Translations under genes and position numbers: made by a program
Notes under the pieces: model-generated
The model's database searches: none
What the model was told of the DNA's origin: nothing
What the model saw: only the letters and a program-made list of their open reading frames with translations
Shown here: positions 29,824 to 38,679 of the stretch, piece by piece
How the letters are laid out: each line of letters starts with the position of its first letter
Numbering within the stretch: position 1 is the first letter of the stretch
From: Verrucomicrobiota bacterium
GTDB lineage: Bacteria > Verrucomicrobiota > Verrucomicrobiia > Opitutales > Opitutaceae
Direction of reading: 5' to 3'
Assembly: GCA_023386835.1 (NCBI GenBank)
Contig: JAEWIY010000018.1
Location: 14,130 to 78,129, forward strand
DNA: 64,000 nt

Positions 29824-30891
29824 ATGAAGACTGAACTCCTGCTTTCGACCCCCGTCCGCCTCGGCGAAGTCGTCGCTCCCAATCGCGTCATCATGGCCCC
29901 GCTCACGCGCACTCGCGCCGGAGCGGGTCGCGTCCCGACGGACCTGATGGTGGAGTATTACGTGCAACGAGCCTCGGCCGGGCTCATCCTCACCGAGGCG
30001 ACGGTCGTGACACCACAGGGTATCGGATACCCGAATACGCCGGGTATATGGACGCCCGAACAGGTGGCCGGCTGGCGCCGGGTCACGGACGCCGTGCATG
30101 CGGCTGGCGGGAGGCTGTTCCTTCAACTCTGGCACGTGGGCCGGGTGTCGCATCCGGACCTGCTCGGCGGCGCGACTCCGGTGGCTCCGTCCGCAATTGC
30201 GCCAGAGGGGCACGTGAGTCTGCTGCGGCCGAAGCGGCCGTATGTGGTGCCGCGTCCGTTGGAGCGTGAAGAGATCCCTGGGATCGTCGCGGCATTTCGT
30301 TTGGGTGCCGAGTCTGCGCAGCGCGCCGGTTTTGATGGTGTCGAAATCCACGGCGCGAACGGCTACCTGATCGATCAATTCCTGCAGGATGGCACGAACC
30401 ACCGTACGGACGAGTACGGTGGTTCGGTGGAGAACCGGGCCCGACTCGCTTTGGAGGTGGCGGATGCGGCGGTTTCGGTCTGGGGTGCGGGGCGGGTGGG
30501 CTTCCACATCGCGCCGCGCGGTGATTCGCACAGCATGGCCGATTCGAATCCGGCGGCGACCTTTGGTTATCTCGCCCGCGAACTGGGCCGTCGCGAACTC
30601 GCGTTTCTCTTCGTGCGCGAAAGCCAGGAGGAGCCGCGTCTGCTGCCGCAACTCAAGCAGGCCTTCGGTGGGCCCGTGATCGCGAACCAGGGGCTGACTC
30701 GTACGGTTGCCGAAGCGCTGCTCCGGCGCGGCGAAGCGGATGCCGCATCCTGGGGGCAGTTGTTCATCGCGAACCCTGACCTGCCGCACCGGCTCTTCCA
30801 CGGGCTGCCTCTAAACGAACCGAACCCGGCCACGTACTACGGCAACGGGTCGCAAGGCTATACCGATTATCCGACATTGCACGCGGCTTAG
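29824..30891 (+). CDS. nemA: Old Yellow Enzyme-family alkene/N-ethylmaleimide reductase
   Basis: Near-collinear with E. coli NemA: MAPLTRTRA, HRTDEYGGSVENRARL, FIANPDL and GYTDYPTL. Confidence 0.85.
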   Translation: MKTELLLSTPVRLGEVVAPNRVIMAPLTRTRAGAGRVPTDLMVEYYVQRASAGLILTEATVVTPQGIGYPNTPGIWTPEQVAGWRRVTDAVHAAGGRLFLQLWHVGRVSHPDLLGGATPVAPSAIAPEGHVSLLRPKRPYVVPRPLEREEIPGIVAAFRLGAESAQRAGFDGVEIHGANGYLIDQFLQDGTNHRTDEYGGSVENRARLALEVADAAVSVWGAGRVGFHIAPRGDSHSMADSNPAATFGYLARELGRRELAFLFVRESQEEPRLLPQLKQAFGGPVIANQGLTRTVAEALLRRGEADAASWGQLFIANPDLPHRLFHGLPLNEPNPATYYGNGSQGYTDYPTLHAA

Positions 30892-30909
30892 TTCGCGTGC
30901 CGTCCCAAC

Positions 30910-30942
30910 CCGCCCGGCGCTCTCGGCCGGGCGGTTCTCTTT
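30910..30942 (+). terminator. Rho-independent terminator candidate after nemA
   Basis: Stem ccgcccggc (30910-30918) pairs with gccgggcgg (30926-30934) over a 7-nt loop, followed by ttctcttt. Confidence 0.45.
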
Positions 30943-31092
30943 AATCATGACAACGATTGTTCTGATTGTCGCCGCGCTGTCCGTGCTCGTCGCTTTGGAC
31001 ACTCAAGGCGTTTGAGCGCAAAGGAGTCTTGTGTCCGCACTTCGCTGCGAGAGCTTTTGACTTGGCTGTTCTAGCAGCCCAGCCTGCGCCGC

Positions 31093-32475
31093 ATGACGAC
31101 TCGACGTGAATTCCTGCGAGCGGCGGGTCTGTATGGTGCGGGCTTTATGGGACTGCGGGCCTTGGTTCATCCGGCCTTCGCGCAGAAGTCCTCCAGTCGC
31201 CGCGCCGCCGGTTTTGGTCCGTTAAGTGTGTCCGGTGCCGGGAAGATGCGACTGCCGCAGGGATTTCACAGCGTCGCGTTCTCATATCATGGCGAGGAGA
31301 TGGACGACGGCCTCCTGGTGCCTGGACGGCACGACGGCATGGCTGCCTTTGCCGGGCCGGATGGCCGGGTCATCCTCGTCCGCAACCACGAACTCGAAAG
31401 CGCCTGGGTGAAGGACAGCCCCTTCGGTCGCAACGCGGAGCGCCTGGACCGCGTGCCGGCGGACCGGATCTATGATCGGGGCGGCGGTGTGCTGCCGTGC
31501 CTCGGCGGAACGACCACGCTCGTCTTCGACCCGCGGTCGCAGAAACTGGAGCGGCATTTCCTCAGCCTCGTTGGCACCCAGCGCAATTGTGCAGGTGGGC
31601 CAACTCCGTGGGGCACGTGGATCACCTGTGAGGAGGTCAACCTCGAGCCGGAGCCTGACGCGGAGAAGGCGCACGGGTTCAATTTTGAGGTTACACCATC
31701 AACCGAGCCTGGCCTAGTGGACCCGGTGCCGCTGAAGGCGATGGGCCGCTTTCGCCATGAGGCCGTGGCGGTCGATCCACGCTCAGGCTGCGTTTACGAG
31801 ACCGAGGATCTCGGTGACGGTCTGTTGTACCGATTTGTACCCAAGACCCCGGGCCGGCTCGCGGAGGGCGGGCGCCTGCAGGCCTTGAAGCTGCGTGGCA
31901 ACCGACGGGCGGATACGCGGAACTGGCCGGGCATGGAGGAATTCCCGATCGGCGAGCCGCAGCCGGTGGAGTGGGTCGACCTCGACGACGTGGAGGATCC
32001 GCAGAACACCCTGCGGAAGCGGGGAGCGGCCGCCGGTGCCGCCGTCTTCGCGCGCGGAGAAGGCGCGTGGTGGGGGCGCGACTCGGCGTACTTCGCGATG
32101 ACGAATGGCGGGCGCAAGACGTTCGGGCAGATCTTTCGGTATCAGCCGAGTCCCTACGAAGGAACGGAGCGGGAAGGTGAGCAGCCGGGCTTCCTGGAAC
32201 TCTTCGCGGAGCCGAACGACACGGAGCTGTTGCGCAACTGCGACAACGTCACGGTGGCGCCCTGGGGTGACCTGATCCTTTGTGAGGATACCAGCGGGCA
32301 TTGTCGCCTGGTCGGGGTGACTCCGGAGGGCGGTTTCTACGTCCTGGCCGAGATGGAGGAAGAGGAGGTCGAGCTGGCGGGAGCCTGCTTCTCACCCGAC
32401 GGAAGCACCCTTTTCGTCAACGTCCAGCGTCCCGGCTACACGCTCGCCATCACCGGCCCTTGGCCGAAGGCCTGA
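31093..32475 (+). CDS. Tat-exported DUF839 (PhoX-like) beta-propeller protein
   Basis: Twin-arginine signal MTTRREFLRAAG...AFA. NCAGGPTPWGTWITCEE and FARGEGAWW resemble the DUF839/PhoX family. Confidence 0.7.
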   Translation: MTTRREFLRAAGLYGAGFMGLRALVHPAFAQKSSSRRAAGFGPLSVSGAGKMRLPQGFHSVAFSYHGEEMDDGLLVPGRHDGMAAFAGPDGRVILVRNHELESAWVKDSPFGRNAERLDRVPADRIYDRGGGVLPCLGGTTTLVFDPRSQKLERHFLSLVGTQRNCAGGPTPWGTWITCEEVNLEPEPDAEKAHGFNFEVTPSTEPGLVDPVPLKAMGRFRHEAVAVDPRSGCVYETEDLGDGLLYRFVPKTPGRLAEGGRLQALKLRGNRRADTRNWPGMEEFPIGEPQPVEWVDLDDVEDPQNTLRKRGAAAGAAVFARGEGAWWGRDSAYFAMTNGGRKTFGQIFRYQPSPYEGTEREGEQPGFLELFAEPNDTELLRNCDNVTVAPWGDLILCEDTSGHCRLVGVTPEGGFYVLAEMEEEEVELAGACFSPDGSTLFVNVQRPGYTLAITGPWPKA

Positions 32476-32499
32476 GTTCGCGCACGCGTGGGTGTCGTC

Positions 32500-33072
32500 T
32501 CAGGCGAACACGCTTTGCCGCTCTGCAGGTGTCAGCTCGCGCCAGCGGCCGCTCGCGAGCGCGAGTTTCGGGAGCGACAGCTGCCCGATCCGGACGCGAA
32601 TCAGCCGAAGCGTGGGATGACCGATCGCCGCCGTCATGCGGCGGACCTGTCGGTTCTTGCCCTCCATCAGCTCCAGCGACAGCCATGAGTCGGGCACGGT
32701 CTTGCGAACGCGAATCGGTGGCTCACGAGGCGGCCAGGCGGGTGGTGGTGTGAGGAGAACAGCTCCGCCGGGACGGGTTCGGTAATCCTGAAGGACGACG
32801 CCGCGGCGCAGCCGTTGCAGCGCGTCTTCATTGGGCACGCCTTCGACTTGGGCCCAGTACTCGCGCCGATGACCGTGCGCCGGATCAAGCAAGCGGGTGT
32901 TGAGCCCGCGTTCATCGCTCAGCAGCAACAAACCCTCCGAATCCGCATCAAGCCGGCCAAGCGGGTAAACCTGCGGTGGAAAACCGAAACCCGCCAGCGT
33001 GCCCCAGCGGGATCCCGGCTCGGGAGTAAACTGTGAGAGGATGCCGTACGGCTTGTGGAACGCCAGGAGCAC
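32500..33072 (-). CDS. rluE: 23S rRNA pseudouridine synthase RluE-like
   Basis: Collinear with E. coli RluE: FHKPYGILSQF, GRLDADSEGLLLL, YWAQVEG and GKNRQVRRMTAAIGHPTLRLIR. There is no in-frame ATG. The start is GTG at 33072, or GTG at 33219 abutting the qor ATG. Confidence 0.75.
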   Translation of the reverse strand: MLLAFHKPYGILSQFTPEPGSRWGTLAGFGFPPQVYPLGRLDADSEGLLLLSDERGLNTRLLDPAHGHRREYWAQVEGVPNEDALQRLRRGVVLQDYRTRPGGAVLLTPPPAWPPREPPIRVRKTVPDSWLSLELMEGKNRQVRRMTAAIGHPTLRLIRVRIGQLSLPKLALASGRWRELTPAERQSVFA

Positions 33073-33219
33073 GCGTGGTTGAGTAGCAGCGGGAAAGGCA
33101 GGACGAACAAGGCCGAAGATTTTGCGCCACGACCGGGCGTGGAGACCAATGCAGGGCCGGGGTTGCAGACGGGTCGAATAAGCCCTTCTTAGGGACTCGT
33201 TCGTTCGATCCCATTTCAC

Positions 33220-34212
33220 ATGCGTGCTGTTCAACTCTCCGCCGTTAATCAGTTGGAAGTGGTCGATGTGCCGGCACCTGAGCCCGGGGCCGACGAGGTC
33301 GTCGTGCGGGTGCACGCCGCCGCGCTGAACCACCGCGATGTGTGGATCAAAACGGGGCAGTATGCCGGGCTGAAGTTTCCCATCATCCCGTGTGCCGATG
33401 GCGCCGGCGTGATCGAGGCCGCTGGATCGGCGGTGGGAGCTTCGTGTGTCGGAGACGAGGTGATCATCAATCCCGCGTTGCGCTGGGGCATCGACGAGGG
33501 CGCGCAGGGACCGAACTTCTCGATTCTCGGCCTGCCGCAGAACGGCACGCTGGCGGAACGCGTGGTGGTGCCGGCGTCGCAGGTTTCGCCCAAGCCGGCG
33601 CATCTCTCGTGGGAGGAGGCGGCAGCGCTGCCGCTGGCCGGTCTGACGGCGTTTCGGGCGCTGATTTCACGGGCGCAACTGAAGCCGCAGGAGCGCGTTC
33701 TCATCAGCGGTATCGGTGGTGGGGTGGCGGTTTTTGCGCTGCAGTATGCGGTCGCGCAGGGCGCGCAGGTTTGGGTGACCTCCAGCAGTCCGGAGAAGAT
33801 CGAGCGCGCAGTGCAACTCGGCGCGAAGGCCGGATTCAACTACACGCAGACCGACTGGGCCAAAGCCGCGGCCAGCGATCCCGGGCTGTTTGACGTCATC
33901 ATCGACGGCGCCGGCGGGCCGGGCTTCGAGCATCTGCTGGACCTGGCGGCTCCCGGCGGGCGAGTGGCGTTTTACGGCGCCACGCGTGGCAATCCTCCGA
34001 TCCTGCCGATGCGTAAAGTCTTCTGGCGGCAGCTGAGCCTGCTGGGATCGACCATGGGCAGCCCGCGCGACTGGAGCGCGCTGCTTGAATTTGTTTCCCG
34101 CAACCAGATCCGCCCGGTGATCAGTGAAGTTTTCCCGTTCGAGCGGGCGGCGGAGGCGTTCGACCTGATGGAACGCGCCGGCCAGTTCGGCAAAATCGTC
34201 ATCAAGATCTGA
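33220..34212 (+). CDS. Zinc-type alcohol dehydrogenase / NADPH:quinone oxidoreductase (MDR superfamily)
   Basis: GroES-like N-domain. Rossmann motif ISGIGGGVAVFALQ. C-terminal GKIVIKI. Confidence 0.85.
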   Translation: MRAVQLSAVNQLEVVDVPAPEPGADEVVVRVHAAALNHRDVWIKTGQYAGLKFPIIPCADGAGVIEAAGSAVGASCVGDEVIINPALRWGIDEGAQGPNFSILGLPQNGTLAERVVVPASQVSPKPAHLSWEEAAALPLAGLTAFRALISRAQLKPQERVLISGIGGGVAVFALQYAVAQGAQVWVTSSSPEKIERAVQLGAKAGFNYTQTDWAKAAASDPGLFDVIIDGAGGPGFEHLLDLAAPGGRVAFYGATRGNPPILPMRKVFWRQLSLLGSTMGSPRDWSALLEFVSRNQIRPVISEVFPFERAAEAFDLMERAGQFGKIVIKI

Positions 34213-34305
34213 ATACGCGGGGGCGAACTCTCGCGGGAATCCCTGGCTTTCGCCCGGCCCCGAATCTCAGCGGGCGGGCCGCACGTCGCCCGGTGGCTTG
34301 GGCAT

Positions 34306-34333
34306 AAAAAAGCCGCGACGGGTAGTCGCGGCT
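34306..34333 (-). terminator. Rho-independent terminator of pnp
   Basis: Read on the minus strand: agccgcgac / gtcgcggct stem (9 bp, 5-nt loop) followed by TTTTTT. It lies 44 nt after the pnp stop. Confidence 0.7.
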
Positions 34334-34376
34334 TCGTGAATACCGGCGATGTGCCGGATCGGGGGGCAGGCGAGCG

Positions 34377-36575
34377 TTACTCGGCGGCGCCGGGCTGCGT
34401 GTCGGCCGGGGCGGCTGCGGGAGCGGCGGCCGGCGGGTTCTGCGCCTCGAGGTCCTTCATCGCGGCTTTGCGCGAGAGGCGGACCTTGCCGGACTTCTCG
34501 TCAATGCCGATGCACTTGACCGTGATCGAGTCGCCGACCTTGACGACGTCCTCTGTGCGGCGCACGCGGAAGTCGGCCAGCTCGGAGATGTGGCAGAGGC
34601 CTTCCTTGCCCGGCAGGCACTCGACAAACGCGCCGAACTCCTTCGTGCCGGTGACGCGGCCAGTGTAGATCTTGCCGATCTCGATCTGGGCGCCGCCGCC
34701 GCAGAGGGCGTCGATTTCCTGGACCGCGCGGTTCATCGAATCCGCGTTGTTCGAGTAGATGAACACCTTGCCGGAATCGTCGTCCGCGATGTCGATCTGC
34801 GCACCCGTCGTCTCGACGATGCGACGGATCGTCTTGCCACCAGGGCCGATGAGCAGGCCGATCTTTTCCGGATCGATCTGGATCGTCTGGATGCGCGGCG
34901 CGAAGGTGCTGAGCTCCTTGCGGGGAGCGGGCAGCGCGGCGAGCATGGCCTTGAGGATCTCGATTCGAGCGTCGCGGGCCTGGAAGATCGCGGTCTTCGC
35001 GATCTCAAACGGCAGGCCGTTGATCTTCAGGTCGAGTTGGAAGCCCGTGATGCCCTTCGTGGTACCGGCGAGCTTGAAGTCCATGTCGCCGAAGTGGTCT
35101 TCCTCACCGAGAATGTCGGTGATCGTGACCCACTTGCTGATCGAGCCATCCTCGGCATTGGCGGTCATGAGGCCACAGGAGATGCCCGCCACCGGAGCGA
35201 TGATCGGCACACCGGCGTCCATCAGGGAGAGACAGCCACCGCAGATCGAGGCCATCGAGGTCGAGCCGTTGGAGGCCATGATCTCGGAGACCACGCGAAT
35301 GGAGTACGGGAAGACGTCCTCGGGGGGCAGCACCGGCACGAGCGAGCGCTCGGCCAGGGCACCGTGGCCGATTTCGCGGCGGCTCTGGCCACCGAAACGG
35401 CCGGTCTCGCCGACCGTGAAGGGCGGCATGTTGTAGTGAAGCATGAACGACTTGGAGGTCGCACCGCCGGTGAGGCCGTCCATGTCCTGGGCTTCCTTGG
35501 TCGGACCGAGGGTCGTGACGACCAGACCTTGCGTGTCACCGCGCTGGAACAGCGCGGAGCCGTGGACGCGGGGCAGGAGACCGACTTCCGCGGCGATCGG
35601 GCGGAGGGCCTTGGCGTCGCGGCCGTCGGCGCGCACACCGCGCTCGAGCACGGTCTGGCGGTAAGCCTTGTACTGCAGGTCTTCGAAGGTGACGGCCAGG
35701 TCGGCGTCAGTGAACTTGCCTTCGCCGAGCTCGGCGAGCAGGGCGGCCTTGGCCTCTTCCTTCAGCGCCTTGACCTTGGCCGAGCGGATCTGCTTCTCGT
35801 GGCCGAAGATCGCTTCGCTGATCTTGGGGCCAACGACGCGCTCGATGATGGCGCGCGCTTCCGGGCTGGCCTTGACGAGTTCGAACTGCGCCTTGGGTTT
35901 GCCGACCTTGGCCGCGAGTTCCTTGATCGTGTTGATGATCGGCTGGATCGCCTGGTGGGCGAACTCGAGGGCTTCGATGAAGCGCTCTTCCGGGATCTGG
36001 TCCGCGGAGCCTTCGATCATCAGCATGTCCTTTTCGGTGCCGACGAAGATCAGGTCCAGCGAGGACGAGAACATTTGCTCGATCGTCGGGTTGGCGACGA
36101 ACTGGCCGTCGATCTCGGCGACGCGCACGCAGCCGATCGGGCCGCTCCACGGAATGTCGGAGATCGCGAGCGCGGCCGAGGCGCCGTTCACCATGAGGAT
36201 GTCGGCCTCGTTGAGCTGGTCGGCCGACAGGAGCAGACCGATGATCTGGACCTCGTTCAGGAACCCTTCCGGGAAGAGGGGACGGCAGGGACGGTCGCAG
36301 AGACGCGACGTCAGGATTTCCTTCTCGGAGGGGCGACCTTCGCGCTTGAAATAGCCGCCGGGGAAGCGGCCGGCAGCGGAGTACTTCTCACGGTAATCGA
36401 CGGTCAGCGGGAAGAAATCCTGCCCGGGCTTCATCGTCGTGGCCGCAACGGCGGACACGAACACGTTGGTTTCGCCCAAGGAGACGGTGACGGCGCCATT
36501 AGCGAACTTGGCCATGTCACCGGTGGTGAACTTGAGGCCCGTACCCGGGACCTCGACGGTTTGTTTGTTATTCAT
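34377..36575 (-). CDS. pnp: Polyribonucleotide nucleotidyltransferase (PNPase)
   Basis: Two RNase PH domains plus KH and S1 domains. [23 protein letters not shown]. Confidence 0.95.
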   Translation of the reverse strand: MNNKQTVEVPGTGLKFTTGDMAKFANGAVTVSLGETNVFVSAVAATTMKPGQDFFPLTVDYREKYSAAGRFPGGYFKREGRPSEKEILTSRLCDRPCRPLFPEGFLNEVQIIGLLLSADQLNEADILMVNGASAALAISDIPWSGPIGCVRVAEIDGQFVANPTIEQMFSSSLDLIFVGTEKDMLMIEGSADQIPEERFIEALEFAHQAIQPIINTIKELAAKVGKPKAQFELVKASPEARAIIERVVGPKISEAIFGHEKQIRSAKVKALKEEAKAALLAELGEGKFTDADLAVTFEDLQYKAYRQTVLERGVRADGRDAKALRPIAAEVGLLPRVHGSALFQRGDTQGLVVTTLGPTKEAQDMDGLTGGATSKSFMLHYNMPPFTVGETGRFGGQSRREIGHGALAERSLVPVLPPEDVFPYSIRVVSEIMASNGSTSMASICGGCLSLMDAGVPIIAPVAGISCGLMTANAEDGSISKWVTITDILGEEDHFGDMDFKLAGTTKGITGFQLDLKINGLPFEIAKTAIFQARDARIEILKAMLAALPAPRKELSTFAPRIQTIQIDPEKIGLLIGPGGKTIRRIVETTGAQIDIADDDSGKVFIYSNNADSMNRAVQEIDALCGGGAQIEIGKIYTGRVTGTKEFGAFVECLPGKEGLCHISELADFRVRRTEDVVKVGDSITVKCIGIDEKSGKVRLSRKAAMKDLEAQNPPAAAPAAAPADTQPGAAE

Positions 36576-36832
36576 CTATTCGATAGCTGTGCGGGCCTCG
36601 GACGGCGGACGATTCGCGGCCACGCGACGAATCGTTCGGGGTTTGGGGCGGTGACCGGCGTGACGCCGGATCGGTGGAGCCTCACGAACGTGAGGTCGGG
36701 ACCACCCCTAAGGGGAAGTCGCTGGTAACCAGCTGGGCAATCCTCGTCACCGACGAGAGATTTCCGTTTGGCGCCCACCGATCCGTGTCGGCGGCAACAA
36801 GCGGAAATGTCCCAGTCGTGAAACGAACGTCC
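36576..36832 (-). promoter_or_regulatory. Structured pnp 5' leader
   Basis: About 300 nt separate rpsO from pnp. The region contains several hairpins (cctcac-gaac-gtgagg, acgattcg...cgaatcgt). In E. coli the equivalent leader carries the PNPase/RNase III autoregulatory stem. Confidence 0.4.
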
Positions 36833-36870
36833 AAAAAGACAACGGGCGATCCGCGGATCGGATCGCCCGT
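36833..36870 (-). terminator. rpsO terminator/attenuator hairpin
   Basis: Read on the minus strand: 11-bp stem acgggcgatcc / ggatcgcccgt with a 7-nt loop, followed by tgtcttttt. It starts 14 nt after the rpsO stop. Confidence 0.6.
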
Positions 36871-36883
36871 CTTGCCAAAAGGG

Positions 36884-37147
36884 TTACTTGCGGAGGTTCA
36901 GCTTCTTCAGCAGGTCCTGGTACTTCGCCAGATCATGCCGCTTGACGTAGTCGAGCAGCTTGCGGCGCCGGGAGGCCATTTGAAGAAGACCGCGGCGGCT
37001 GTGGAAGTCCTTCCGATGCGTCCGCAGGTGCTCGGTCAAATGATTGATGCGAGCGGTCAGGAGCGCGATCTGGACTTCGGACGAACCGGTATCCTTGTCG
37101 TGGGTTTTGAATTCGGCGATGATTTCGGGTTTAGCGACGGTAGACAT
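36884..37147 (-). CDS. rpsO: 30S ribosomal protein S15
   Basis: ATG at 37147. The 87-aa product contains [36 protein letters not shown]. The ORF-track start at 37309 is an extension. Confidence 0.95.
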   Translation of the reverse strand: MSTVAKPEIIAEFKTHDKDTGSSEVQIALLTARINHLTEHLRTHRKDFHSRRGLLQMASRRRKLLDYVKRHDLAKYQDLLKKLNLRK

Positions 37148-37384
37148 TTGGTTTGTGGTGAGATGAGGCACGACTGTAGGGGACCTTCGCAGGCCCCGTG
37201 CCACCCGCCTCCGCTGCGGCCGAAACCACAGCGTTAGCCGGTGCCACCGTTCCAATCCCGCGGGGGCGGGACCAGCCATGGTGGGATCCCGAAACCGACG
37301 GGATTCCACTAACGCAAGTGCGGAGCATCCCGGAGGGGTATTGGGGCGGCAAGCCGATTTTTCCGCGGCTGCGGCAATAAATCG

Positions 37385-37780
37385 TCAACCTGCGCGAATG
37401 AGCAGATCCCGCACGTGACCGCACCCCGGAATCTCCTGGATTCGCCCGACAATGGTGCGCCGATGCAAGCTCAGTTCCTGCCGAACCACCGCATGTTGTG
37501 CAATCACCACAAGCTTGCCGCGTCCATCGATCGCCACGGCGTGGGAGTAGTGGGCATTGGCGGGTCCAACCACCTCGGACCAGCGGTCACGAATAGCCTG
37601 CTCGGGAGAGGCGCGGCCTATCTGGTGTTTGGCCAGCAGGTCCTCCACGAGGTCCGCCAGCGGTTTTGTGACTCGTTTGCGTTGTTTCGCCGGGATTTCG
37701 GAGGGTACACCCCGCAGGTCGCCGATGAGTTCCTCGGCCAGTCGGCTGAACTGAAAGGGTTCCTTGTCTTTGGCGCTCAC
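37385..37780 (-). CDS. dciA: DUF721 / DciA-like protein (replicative helicase operator family)
   Basis: Size (~130 aa) and pattern (WSEVVGPANAHYSHAVAIDGRGKLVVIAQHAVVRQELS) fit DUF721. GTG start. Confidence 0.65.
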   Translation of the reverse strand: MSAKDKEPFQFSRLAEELIGDLRGVPSEIPAKQRKRVTKPLADLVEDLLAKHQIGRASPEQAIRDRWSEVVGPANAHYSHAVAIDGRGKLVVIAQHAVVRQELSLHRRTIVGRIQEIPGCGHVRDLLIRAG

Positions 37781-37845
37781 GCAGGTCGTCCGATCAGGCT
37801 TCCGTCAGCGAAGGGCAGGTGCAACCCCGTTCCGCCACCGTCTGA

Positions 37846-38649
37846 CTAGTCCGGTGGTTGGTCGACCGGCGTGATCGTTTGCGGCGCCCGTTCCGCTTCG
37901 TACAACCGACTGTAGCGCACGAACGTGCCAAACGCCGTCGCCACGGCGATGTAGAACCCGGGATACCCGTCGAGGAAGCCGCGGCGCAGGACGTACGCGC
38001 GGAAAAACCGCCACCACGGGCGAAAGACAGCCGCGCCGAGGCTAAACCGCCGCTGGCGGGCTCGTTGCGCCTGCACAAAGAGGTCGGCGAACGGGTTGAT
38101 CTTGGCGACGTGGCTCGAAAGGGTGGGAAACGAATAGTGCAGGAGGTCGCCCGGCAGCGTCGCGACCGGACCGTCGCACTCGATCTTTTCATGCACGAAA
38201 GCGTCGCCTCCCCAGCGACCGCGTCGCCGGTCCATCAGTCGCAGGCTCAGATCGGGGTACCAGTCGCCGTGGGTAATCCAGCGGCCAAGAAACCACACTT
38301 TGCGCGGAAAACGCGCGCCGGCGAAGCGATGATGCGCCTGCTCGGCGAAGAAGCTCTGGAGCGCGGCCCGAAGCTCGGGTGAGACGGCCTCATCGGCGTC
38401 CAGGCACAGCACCCAATCGTATCGGGCGAGGCCGACGGCGGCGTTTTTGGTGTCCCGGAATCCCCGCCACGGCACTTCAACCACCCGTGCGCCGGCCCGG
38501 GTGGCCACGGCCGCGCTGTCGTCGGTGCAGCCGTTGAGGGCCACGACCTGCTCCGCCGTCCAGCCCGCCACGCTTCCCAGGCAACGGGGCAGGTTATGCG
38601 CCTCGTTGCGCGCAACGATTACAACCGACACCGGCAGTGGATCCGCCAT
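37846..38649 (-). CDS. Family 2 glycosyltransferase, LPS core type (KdtX/WaaE-like)
   Basis: VSVVIVARNEAHNLPRCLGSV...DWVLCLDADEAVSPEL matches the KdtX-like GT2 pattern. Confidence 0.8.
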   Translation of the reverse strand: MADPLPVSVVIVARNEAHNLPRCLGSVAGWTAEQVVALNGCTDDSAAVATRAGARVVEVPWRGFRDTKNAAVGLARYDWVLCLDADEAVSPELRAALQSFFAEQAHHRFAGARFPRKVWFLGRWITHGDWYPDLSLRLMDRRRGRWGGDAFVHEKIECDGPVATLPGDLLHYSFPTLSSHVAKINPFADLFVQAQRARQRRFSLGAAVFRPWWRFFRAYVLRRGFLDGYPGFYIAVATAFGTFVRYSRLYEAERAPQTITPVDQPPD

Positions 38650-38679
38650 GGTGAAGCGATGAACAAGGGGCTGAGCAGC

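Noticed and set aside
33073-33603. N-terminal extension of the rluE ORF
   Set aside because: It overlaps the quinone oxidoreductase gene on the other strand, and homology to RluE begins only near 33072. A GTG at 33219 remains a minor alternative.
34590-36728. 712-aa plus-strand ORF covering the whole pnp locus
   Set aside because: It is antisense to an unmistakable PNPase gene. The product is Arg/Ala/Gly/Asp-rich with no recognisable domains. It is a typical shadow ORF caused by stop-codon scarcity in high-GC DNA.
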